Source: an uncultured Actinomycetes bacterium (lineage in GTDB: Bacteria > Actinomycetota > UBA4738 > HRBIN12). Taken from it: DNA of 64,000 nucleotides. Below, one piece after another: positions 53,808 to 62,905 of this stretch. Under the pieces are notes generated by a model. That model had not been told where the DNA came from. It worked only from the letters and a program-made list of their open reading frames with translations, and searched no databases. Position 1 is the stretch's first letter; every line of letters begins with the position of its first letter. A program made the translations under genes and the position numbers. The stretch lies in contig CAWBOB010000003.1 of assembly GCA_963790335.1 (NCBI GenBank), positions 223,191-287,190 of the forward strand. Direction: 5' to 3'.

Positions 53808-54974
53808 ATGAGGCCAATGTCGATATCCGAACGCGCGGCTCATGGGATCGATCAGGATGAGGCCGGGCCGCCGCCCTGGCCGACCCTTCCCGGCACCGAC
53901 TATCACTCGCCGGACGTATTCGCGATCGAGCGTGAGCGCATCTTCGCTCGCTCGTGGATCTGCGTCGCCCGGTCTGAGCAGCTCCCCGCACCCGGCGACT
54001 ACATCACGGCCGAGGTCGGAGCCGAATCGCCGCTCGTGATCCGCGGCGACGACGGCCTGCTGCGTGCCTTCGCGAACGCCTGCCGCCATCGTGGCACCGA
54101 GCTGCTCCAGGGCTCGGGCTCGGTGCGACGTGTGATCAAGTGTCCGTACCACGCCTGGACGTACGCGCTCGACGGACGGCTCGTGGGCTCGCCGAACATC
54201 GGCCTCGACGACGGCATCGACCGCGACGCGATCGGGCTGTGGCCCGTGCCCATCGCCGAACACGATGGCTTCGTCTTCCTCAGCCTCGACCCGGATACCG
54301 AGCCGCTCCGCGACGCGTTGGCCGCCCAGCCAGACTCACCGCTCGAGCTCGCTCGCTACGGCCTCGGCGAGCTGCGCGTTGCCGAGAGGCGCGAGTACGA
54401 CGTTCAAGCCAACTGGAAGATCGTGGTCGAGAACTACCACGAGTGCCTGCACTGTCCGACCGTGCATCCCGAGCTCGTGAAGATCGTGCCGCTCTATCGC
54501 AGCGGCGAGGTCGAGGAAGGCGGCCAGCTGCTCGGCAACTCGATGGGCGAGGGTCTCACGTCGTTCACGTTCTCCGGGACCTCCCGTCTTCCCACCCTGC
54601 CGGGCATCGACGAGGTCGACGTGCGTACGTTCTACGGCGTCTACGTGTTCCCGAACCTGATCATCAACTACCACTCGGACTCGGTGAACGCGGTGCGCCT
54701 GATCCCGGAGGCCCCGGATCGCACCCGCGTGGTGAGCGAGTTCCTGTTGCGACCCGAGACGATCGAGGCCGACGGATCCGGCGTGAGCGAGCTGGTCGAG
54801 TTCCGCGACGTAGTCGCCAACCAGGACTGGCAGGTGTGTGAAGCCGTGCAGCGGGGCGTCTCGTCGCGGTTCTACACCGCGGGGCTCTATCCCCGGCAGG
54901 AACGCTGGATCAGAGCCTTCAACGAGCGCTACCTGGACGTGAGGGGTCCACTCCCCACGGCACCCACGCGTTAG
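53808..54974 (+). CDS. Rieske [2Fe-2S] aromatic-ring-hydroxylating oxygenase, alpha subunit
   Basis: CRHRGTELL...CPYHAWTY (Rieske CxH/CxxH), then the catalytic domain NYHECLHCPTVHP; ATG 53808 (listed ORF start 53631 is unsupported). Confidence 0.85.
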   Translation: MRPMSISERAAHGIDQDEAGPPPWPTLPGTDYHSPDVFAIERERIFARSWICVARSEQLPAPGDYITAEVGAESPLVIRGDDGLLRAFANACRHRGTELLQGSGSVRRVIKCPYHAWTYALDGRLVGSPNIGLDDGIDRDAIGLWPVPIAEHDGFVFLSLDPDTEPLRDALAAQPDSPLELARYGLGELRVAERREYDVQANWKIVVENYHECLHCPTVHPELVKIVPLYRSGEVEEGGQLLGNSMGEGLTSFTFSGTSRLPTLPGIDEVDVRTFYGVYVFPNLIINYHSDSVNAVRLIPEAPDRTRVVSEFLLRPETIEADGSGVSELVEFRDVVANQDWQVCEAVQRGVSSRFYTAGLYPRQERWIRAFNERYLDVRGPLPTAPTR

Positions 54975-56317
54975 GCGATCACCCGATAGAGCCGCCACTT
55001 GTCGGGGACTCCTTTCAGCTCATGCTCGCCGGCATCTTCGAAGGCGAGGCCACTTCCTGCGACGAGATCCTTCACGGTCTGGGAGACCAGGAGTTCGGAA
55101 GGCGCCGCCGAGCTCGCGATGCGGGCCGCGATGGCGACGCCGATGCCACTGATGTCGCCGCGTTCGCGCACGATCTCGCCGGTATGCAGCCCCGTTCGGA
55201 TCTCGATCCCGAGCGCATGAACCTCTCGCACGATCCTGACGGCGCACTCCACGCCGCGCGCCGGGCCGTCGAAGGTCGCGAGGAAGCCGTCGCCCATCGT
55301 CTTCACCTCCGTGCCTCCGTGATCGGCGAGCGCCTGCCGAACGACGTCGTCGTGCTGCTGTCGTAGGGCTGCCCACGCGGCGTCGCCGATCGCGGCGCTG
55401 TGCGCCGTGGAATCGACGATGTCGGTGAACAGGACGGTCGCGAGCGCCCGCCCTGCGAGCCCGGGCCGCACGGTGGTGGTTCCGAGCACGAGGCGCTCGA
55501 CTGCGGCCAAGAGGGGCTCGGTGTCGCCGAGGAACGGCCACCAGTCCCCGCCCGGCAGCTCGACGAGCTCGGAACCGGGGATCCCTGTCGCGAGGGCTCG
55601 TCCAGCGCCCACCGGGAGGAGCTGGTCGTCGATGCGGTGGAGCACCTGCGTGGGAACCGTGATCGACGACAGCGCACCGCCGATGTCGGTCTCGAAGAGG
55701 AGGCGAAGGAACCCGACTGCGGAGTTCGGGCTCGCAGCGAAGCGCTGGAGGCGGTCGAGGAACCGGAAGAGCTCGCGGTCGCCGGTATGCGACGGCGCCA
55801 TGACCTCGTAGAGGCGCTGGGATTCCGCGACGGTGCCGTACGTGTGCCGCCACCCGAGAACGAACTCCTCGATCTCGGCGTCGCTCGCGCCTTCGCCTTC
55901 TGTCGCCCGCCAGTTGATCGCGGTCTCCATCAGGCTCAAGGTCCGCACGCGTTCAGGATGGAGTGCGGTGAGGAGGGCGGCGAGCTGCCCGCCTTCGTGG
56001 TGCCCGAACAACGACGCCTTGTCCGAACCGGCGTCGTCCATCACGGCGAGGATGTCGCGCGCTCCTTCCTCGAGCGGGGGAAGGTCATCGGCGGAGAACC
56101 GATCCGACATCCCGGTGCCGCGACGGTCGATCACGATCAGCCGAGCCCATCCGGCGATACGATCGAAGAACGCGGCGGCCTGCGGGCACTCCCACAGCAA
56201 TTCGACGTGCGAGACGAAGCCTTGGACGTATACGAGATCGACCGGCCCATCACCCACGACGCCGTACGCGATGGCGACGTCTCCGTTGAAGGCGTACCGG
56301 GCCCGCGGAGCGGTCAT
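54971..56317 (-). CDS. Alpha/beta-hydrolase-fold + class III adenylate/guanylate cyclase fusion (LipJ/Rv1900c-like), paralogue A
   Basis: 448 aa. The N-terminus has [21 protein letters not shown]...DRRGTGMSDR; the C-terminus has [44 protein letters not shown]. Confidence 0.85.
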   Translation of the reverse strand: MTAPRARYAFNGDVAIAYGVVGDGPVDLVYVQGFVSHVELLWECPQAAAFFDRIAGWARLIVIDRRGTGMSDRFSADDLPPLEEGARDILAVMDDAGSDKASLFGHHEGGQLAALLTALHPERVRTLSLMETAINWRATEGEGASDAEIEEFVLGWRHTYGTVAESQRLYEVMAPSHTGDRELFRFLDRLQRFAASPNSAVGFLRLLFETDIGGALSSITVPTQVLHRIDDQLLPVGAGRALATGIPGSELVELPGGDWWPFLGDTEPLLAAVERLVLGTTTVRPGLAGRALATVLFTDIVDSTAHSAAIGDAAWAALRQQHDDVVRQALADHGGTEVKTMGDGFLATFDGPARGVECAVRIVREVHALGIEIRTGLHTGEIVRERGDISGIGVAIAARIASSAAPSELLVSQTVKDLVAGSGLAFEDAGEHELKGVPDKWRLYRVIA

Positions 56318-56339
56318 CGTGACGCAGAGGCGGTAAGGC

Positions 56340-57686
56340 TCATGTCACGACCCCATACAGATGCCATCGGTCAGGGACGCCTTTCAACTCGTGTACTCCT
56401 GCGTCCTCGAAGATGAGGCCGCTCCCCGCAACGAGATCCTTGACCGTCTGGGAGACGAGCACCTGCGAGGGACCGGCGAGGGCGCCCACGCGGGCGCCGA
56501 TCACGACGCCGAGGCCGGCAACGTCATCGCCCTCGATGGCGACCTCGCCTGTGTGCAGTCCGGCCCGTATCTCGATGCCGAGCGGCGCGACCGCCGAGGC
56601 GACCGCCGTCGCGCAGCGCACCCCGCGGGCCGGCCCGTCGAACGTCGCGAGGAATCCATCGCCCATCGTCTTGATCTCGCTTCCGCGGTACCGGGCGATC
56701 TGCGAGCGCACGATCTGGTCATGACGGGCGCGCACATCGCGCCAACCGGCATCGCCGAGCGCGGCCGCCTGCACGGTGGAGTCGACCACGTCGGTGAACA
56801 GCACCGTCGCGAGGACGCGATCGAAGTCAGCCTGCTCGACGCGGAGCGACTCGACGAACGCCGCGATGTGGGGGACGAGATCGTCGAGCGGGTAGACGTG
56901 GTCCTCTCCCGGGAGTTCCACGATGCGCGCGCCGGGCGTGTGCGCCGCGGTCCACCTCCCCTCGGCGACCTTCGTCATCTGTTCTTCGGTCCGATGCAGG
57001 ACGAGTGTCGGCGCCTGGACGGACGGCAGGATGTGGCGGACGTCGGTCTCCATCACCGCGCGATCGCGTGCGATCGCGTCACCCGGGCTGGCCGAGAGCC
57101 GGAGCTGGCGCCCGTACTCCCGCACCGCGTTCTCGTCGTGCAGGAGCGACGGGGACAGCATCTCGACCACCTCACGGACATGGGCGTCGGTGCCCCACGC
57201 CTGCTCGATCCGCTCGAAGTACTCCTCGTACATCTCCCTGCTCCACGTCGCGGGGTAGTCAGGCGCCGGCGTTCCACGCACCATCGGAGCCAGCACGATC
57301 ACCCCCGAGGTGCGATGAGGATGCGTCGCAGCGAACATGAAGCAGAGCGATGCGCCGCTCTCGATCCCGAACACGAACGCACGCTCCGATGACGCCGCGT
57401 CCATGACGGCGCGGATGTCGTCCATCTGCGCTTCGATCGTGGCCGCTTCGCCGGTCCACGAACGGTCCGACGTGCCGCTGCCACGCCGATCGAAGACCAA
57501 CACGCGCCCGATCGAGGCCAAGCCCCGAACGAACGAGACGAACGGGGGGAAGTCCCACGCCGCTTCGATGTTGGAGTAGTCGTAGGGCACGAACACGATG
57601 TCCACAGGACCGGAACCCACCACCTGGTAGCCCACGTGGATCCCGTCCGCCGCGCGCGCGTACCGTGTCTCGGGGGCCCGGGTCAT
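56340..57686 (-). CDS. Alpha/beta-hydrolase-fold + class III cyclase fusion, paralogue B
   Basis: 448 aa, co-linear with A: [70 protein letters not shown]. Confidence 0.85.
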   Translation of the reverse strand: MTRAPETRYARAADGIHVGYQVVGSGPVDIVFVPYDYSNIEAAWDFPPFVSFVRGLASIGRVLVFDRRGSGTSDRSWTGEAATIEAQMDDIRAVMDAASSERAFVFGIESGASLCFMFAATHPHRTSGVIVLAPMVRGTPAPDYPATWSREMYEEYFERIEQAWGTDAHVREVVEMLSPSLLHDENAVREYGRQLRLSASPGDAIARDRAVMETDVRHILPSVQAPTLVLHRTEEQMTKVAEGRWTAAHTPGARIVELPGEDHVYPLDDLVPHIAAFVESLRVEQADFDRVLATVLFTDVVDSTVQAAALGDAGWRDVRARHDQIVRSQIARYRGSEIKTMGDGFLATFDGPARGVRCATAVASAVAPLGIEIRAGLHTGEVAIEGDDVAGLGVVIGARVGALAGPSQVLVSQTVKDLVAGSGLIFEDAGVHELKGVPDRWHLYGVVT

Positions 57687-59014
57687 GACGTCACCCGGAA
57701 GAGCCGCCAGCGGTCGGGCACGCCCTTCAACTCGTGCTCGCCGGCGTCCTCGAACGCGAGGCCCGATCCCGCAACCAGATCCTTGACGGTCTGCGAGACG
57801 AGGACCTCCGAGGGTGCCGCCATCGCTCCGACCCGGGCACCGATCGCCGCAGTTGGCCCGCCCAGGTGGCCGTCGATCACCTCACACTCGCCGACGTGCA
57901 CGCCGGCGCGGATCTCGAGGTCGAGGTCCCGCACATGCCTCGTGATGGCTTCGGCACACCTAACGGCGGCGGCTGGTCCCTCGAACGTTGCGTAGAAGCC
58001 GTCGCCCGCGGTGTCGACTTCGGCGCCGTCGAACGAGACGAGCTCGGCTCGCACGAGCTCGTGATGTCGCTCGAGGAGCGCCTTCCATCGTTCCATGCCG
58101 AGGCGGAAGGCGGTCTCCGTCGACCCCACGATGTCGGTGAAGAGCACGGCCCTCAGCGCACCGCCCGCCGGTGCCGCTCGCGGAGTGACTCCGATGAAGT
58201 CCCTGATCTCAGCGACGAGGGGAGCCTGGTCCCCGGCGGCCGAGTAGCGCTCCGAGCCCGGCAGGGAGACGAGCTTCGCTCCCGGGATGGCTCGTGTCAC
58301 GTACTCGGCCTCCTCGATCCCTTCCTCGAACGCTCGGACGAGGCAGAGCGTCGGCACCGAGATCGAGGGAAGAACGTCACGGATGTCGGTCCCGTAGAAG
58401 CGACGAAGCAACTCGACTGCGTCGCCCGGTGCTGCCCAGTGACGTTGGAGGCGGGCGTACCATCGGATCAGGCTTCGGTCACCGGCGAGCGACGGCGCGA
58501 CGCCTTCCATGAACGCGGCCGCATATCCGTCGGTTCCCCAGCTTCGACGGACGGCCTCGATGTCGGCGAACGCCTCTTCCTCCGTCGCCCCCCACGGGTA
58601 GCCGTCGGCGATGGTCCCGCGAGCCGCCGGATCGAAGAGGCAGAGAGCGCGGACGCGACGTGGATGGGTCGCGGCGAACAAGGGGGCCACCACGTTCCCA
58701 GCACCGACGATGACCGTCGAACGAGAACCCACCGCATCGAGCACCGCCAGGATGTCGCGTGCCTCGGTCTCGAGATCGGGAAGGCCGGCGTTTCGATCGG
58801 AGAGACCGGTGCCGCGCATGTCGTGACGGATCACGCGGGAGAAGGTGTTGAGCTTCGTCGTCAACGCCGGGATCAGCGGATGCTCCCACTGCAGCTCCAG
58901 TCCGCCATTGAAACTGTGGATCCACAGGACGTCGACCGGGCCGTCACCGACCACGTGGTAGGCGATGTGCACCCCGTCCTCGGTCAGCGCGTATCGGGTC
59001 TCCGGAGCGTCCAC
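57683..59014 (-). CDS. Alpha/beta-hydrolase-fold + class III cyclase fusion, paralogue C
   Basis: 443 aa, [69 protein letters not shown]; its stop overlaps the paralogue B start (ATGA). Confidence 0.85.
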   Translation of the reverse strand: MDAPETRYALTEDGVHIAYHVVGDGPVDVLWIHSFNGGLELQWEHPLIPALTTKLNTFSRVIRHDMRGTGLSDRNAGLPDLETEARDILAVLDAVGSRSTVIVGAGNVVAPLFAATHPRRVRALCLFDPAARGTIADGYPWGATEEEAFADIEAVRRSWGTDGYAAAFMEGVAPSLAGDRSLIRWYARLQRHWAAPGDAVELLRRFYGTDIRDVLPSISVPTLCLVRAFEEGIEEAEYVTRAIPGAKLVSLPGSERYSAAGDQAPLVAEIRDFIGVTPRAAPAGGALRAVLFTDIVGSTETAFRLGMERWKALLERHHELVRAELVSFDGAEVDTAGDGFYATFEGPAAAVRCAEAITRHVRDLDLEIRAGVHVGECEVIDGHLGGPTAAIGARVGAMAAPSEVLVSQTVKDLVAGSGLAFEDAGEHELKGVPDRWRLFRVTS

Positions 59015-59015
59015 C

Positions 59016-60359
59016 TCAACTCACCACCCGATACAGGCGCCAGCGGTCGGGCACGCCCTTCAGCTCGTGCTCGCCCGCTTCCTCGAACGTCAATCCGGAT
59101 CCCGCCACGAGATCCCTCACGGTCTGCGAGACGAGCACCTCCGAGGCGCCGGCCATCGCTCCGACGCGCGCCCCGATCACGACGGCCATCCCGCCGACCT
59201 TGCCGTCGATCGACTCGACCTCGCCCGTGTGCACGCCCGTGCGCACCTCGATGCCGAGCGGCGCGATCGCGGCGACGATCGCGCCCGCGCACCGCACGGC
59301 TCGAGCGGGCCCGTCGAACGTCGCGAAGAACCCGTCGCCAGCGGTATCGACCTCGACCCCGCGGAAGCGGGCGAGCTGTCCCCGCACGCGACGATGGTGC
59401 GTCTCGAGGAGCTCCTTCCAGGCTCGATCCCCGAGCTCGGCGGCCTTCTCGGTCGAACCGACGACGTCGGTGAAGAGCACGGTGGCGAGCGCGCGGTCGA
59501 GTCCGGCTTCCGTCTCGCCGAGCTCCAGGACGAACCGTTCGACCTCGTCGAGGATCTCGTCCTGCGGACCGACCCACGGGAAGTGCACGCTGCCCGGCAG
59601 CTCGACGAACTCGGCGCCGACGATCCGTTCGGCGGTGTCTCGGCTCTCCTCGATCGGGAAGTCGAGGTCGCCCGTCCTCGCGATCACGAGCGTCGGCACG
59701 TGGATCGACGCGAGTGCGTGCGTGGCGTTGATCTCACGGTTCATGCGTTCGAGCGTGATCGCGGCCGAGGGGCTCGCCGATCGACGCATGTAGGAGGCGA
59801 GCCACGTGATCAGCCGTTCGTCTCCCTCGAACCCGGGTGCCCCCCAGTTCTCGGTCTCGTGGCGCGCGAACTCGGTGGTGCCCCAGGTGCGCTCCAGGCG
59901 CTCGAGGTAGGCAGCGTCGTCATCCTTGTAGTCCGGCGACCTGATCGTGAAGTCGGCTGCGGTGCCGTAGAGCGCGAGCGCCACCGTGCGTTCCGGATAG
60001 GTCGCAGCGAAGAGCATCGACATCGGGCCGCCCTCGGACACTCCGAAGACCACCGCCCGCTCCGACCCCACGGCGTCCATCACGGCTCGCACGTCGTCCA
60101 TGCGCGTCTCGAGGTTCGGCAGGCGATCGTCGGGCACGCGATCGGACAGTCCGACGCCACGCTTGTCGAACAGGATCAAGCGCGAGATCGTGGCGAGACG
60201 GTCGAGGAACCTCGCGAAGTCCGGTTCTTCCCACATGGCCTCGACGTTCGAGAGCCACCCCATCACGAACACCATGTCGACGGGCCCGTCGCCGACGACC
60301 TGGTAGGCGATGTGCACACCGTCGGCGGCCTTCGCGTACCGGGTCTCGGGGCTGCGCAT
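59016..60359 (-). CDS. Alpha/beta-hydrolase-fold + class III cyclase fusion, paralogue D (only copy with intact GxSxG)
   Basis: ATG 60359 (GGAG 9 nt upstream) gives [28 protein letters not shown], matching the other copies. Motifs: [45 protein letters not shown]. The listed TTG 60395 adds 12 aa. Confidence 0.85.
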   Translation of the reverse strand: MRSPETRYAKAADGVHIAYQVVGDGPVDMVFVMGWLSNVEAMWEEPDFARFLDRLATISRLILFDKRGVGLSDRVPDDRLPNLETRMDDVRAVMDAVGSERAVVFGVSEGGPMSMLFAATYPERTVALALYGTAADFTIRSPDYKDDDAAYLERLERTWGTTEFARHETENWGAPGFEGDERLITWLASYMRRSASPSAAITLERMNREINATHALASIHVPTLVIARTGDLDFPIEESRDTAERIVGAEFVELPGSVHFPWVGPQDEILDEVERFVLELGETEAGLDRALATVLFTDVVGSTEKAAELGDRAWKELLETHHRRVRGQLARFRGVEVDTAGDGFFATFDGPARAVRCAGAIVAAIAPLGIEVRTGVHTGEVESIDGKVGGMAVVIGARVGAMAGASEVLVSQTVRDLVAGSGLTFEEAGEHELKGVPDRWRLYRVVS

Positions 60360-60431
60360 CCGTGGATACTCCGCCCGGGGCACCCTGCGCCGCAAGCCGA
60401 GACCCGGGCGCCGTCGCTAGACTCAGCCGCG

Positions 60432-60842
<411 letters not shown>

Positions 60843-60879
60843 TCCTGCTCAGACTACCGATCATCGTCCCGGGGGCTCC

Positions 60880-62024
60880 ATGGACCTGTACGAGCACCAA
60901 GGCAAGGAGCTCTTCCGTTCCCAGGGCATCGTGACGCCGAAAGGCATCGTGGCCGAGACCGCCGAGCAGGCTGCCGATGCGACCCGCGAGCTGGGTGGCC
61001 GCAGCGTCGTGAAGGTCCAGGTGCAGGTCGGCGGACGCGGCAAGGGCGGCGGCGTCGTGCTGGTCGACTCGCCCGAGCGGGCCGCCGAGGAGGCGGCCCG
61101 CATGCTCGGCTCGGACTTCAAGGGGCACCGGGTGAACCAGGTGCTGGTCGAGGAGCTGCTGCCGATCGCGCACGAGTTCTACACGTCGATGCTGCTCGAT
61201 CGCTCCACCGGCGATCACCTCGCGATGATGACCGCCGAAGGAGGCATCGACATCGAGGAGCTCGCGCGCACCCGGCCGCAGGCGCTTCGCCGTGTGCACA
61301 TCGACGCGATCCTCGGGCTGCGCGCCTTCCACGTGCGCGAGCTCGTCGGCACGCTGCCAGCCGGCGCGCGCGAGGGAGCGGCCGACGTACTGCGGCGCAT
61401 GCACGACCTGGTGCAGGCACGTGACGCGACGCTCGTCGAGGTCAACCCCCTCGTGCAGCTCGACGACGGCTCGGTCGTGGCGCTCGACGCCAAGGTCACG
61501 GTCGACGACAACGCGCTGTTCCGCCACCCGGAGATCGAGGCGTACGCCGACGCGTTCCCGATCGATCCCGTGCAGGCGCGGGCGAACGAGGAGGGCTTGC
61601 AGTACGTGAAGCTCGAGGGCAGCGTCGGCATCATCGGCAACGGCGCCGGCCTCGTGATGTCGACGCTCGACCTGGTGGCACAGGCGGGCGCGAAGGCGGC
61701 GAACTTCCTCGACGTGGGGGGAGGGGCGAGCGCCGACCAGATGGCGGCCTCGCTCGAGGTGGTGCTCTCGGATCCGTCGGTGCGGCGGTGCTCATCAACA
61801 TCTTCGGGGGCATCACCCGGTGCGACCTGGTCGCCCGGGGCGTGCTCGATGCGCTCGAACGGGTCGAGGCCTCGGTACCGCTCGTCGTGCGGCTCGACGG
61901 CACCAACGCGGCCGAGGGGCGCGCGATCCTCGATGCCGCCGCGCACCCGCGCATCGTGTCGGCGGCGACCATGCCCGAGGCGGCCGAGCTGGCGGCTTCC
62001 TCGGCGAACGGACGGGCGGCGTGA
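60880..62024 (+). pseudogene. sucC: Succinate--CoA ligase beta subunit, one nt missing at about 61785 (G run)
   Basis: MDLYEHQGKELFRSQGIVTPKG...VKVQVQVGGRGKGGGV...[15 protein letters not shown]...LSDPSVR | [20 protein letters not shown]... (listed ORF 61788-62024). Confidence 0.9.
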
Positions 62025-62889
62025 GCATCCTCGTCGGCGAGCAGACCCGGCTCGCGGTGCAGGGGCTCACGGGCAAGGAGGGCACGTTCCACAGCCTGCG
62101 GAACCGCGCCTACGGCACGAACGTCGTCGCGGGCGTCACGCCCGGCAAGGCCGGGCACGAGGTCGAAGGCATCCCCGTGTTCGACACGGTCGCCGACGCG
62201 GTCCGTGAGGCGGGCGCGAACACGAGCGTGATCTTCGTGCCTCCTCGGTTCGCGGCCGAGGCCATCCTCGAGGCCGCGGACGCCGGCGTCGCGCTCGTCG
62301 TCTGCATCACCGAGGGCATCCCGGTCAAGGACATGGCGTACGTGCACGGCTTCCTGAAGGGGCGCGGTACGACGCTCGTCGGCCCCAACTGTCCCGGCGT
62401 CATCTCGCCCGGTCAGGCGAACGTCGGCATCATCCCGCCCGAGGTCTGCATGCCCGGACGGGTCGGGTTCGTGAGCCGCTCGGGCACGCTCGTCTACCAG
62501 ATCGTGCACGAGCTCACCCAGCACGGCATCGGTCAGTCGACGTGCGTCGGCATGGGCGGCGACCCGGTTCACGGCCTAGGGTTCATCGAGGCGCTGACCG
62601 CGTTCGAAGCCGACCCGGGGACCGACCTGATCATCATGACCGGTGAGATCGGGGAGACGACGAGGAGCGTGCCGCGGCCTACGTCGACGAGCACGTCACG
62701 AAACCGGTGGTGGCCTACATCGCCGGGTTCGAGGCACCTCCGGGCAAACGCATGGGTCACGCAGGGGCGATCGTGACCGGTTCGACGGGAACGGCGGCTG
62801 CGAAAGCCGACGCGTTGCAAGCCGCGGGCGTGCGTGTCGCTCGCACGCCCGGCGAGGTCGCCGAGCTCACCCGGGCGGCGCTCGCATGA
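62021..62889 (+). pseudogene. sucD: Succinate--CoA ligase alpha subunit, one nt missing at about 62654 (G run)
   Basis: [25 protein letters not shown]...[11 protein letters not shown]...SRSGTLVYQ...IIMTGEIG | [41 protein letters not shown]...; GTGA overlap with sucC. Confidence 0.9.
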
Positions 62890-62905
62890 CGGGATCCGCG
62901 GCGCC

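Noticed and set aside
54971-54974. 4-nt convergent overlap of the Rieske oxygenase stop (TAG 54972-54974) and the cyclase A stop (TAA, complement of 54971-54973) as a functional link
   Set aside because: It is a trivial consequence of tight packing. Nothing suggests co-regulation of convergent genes.
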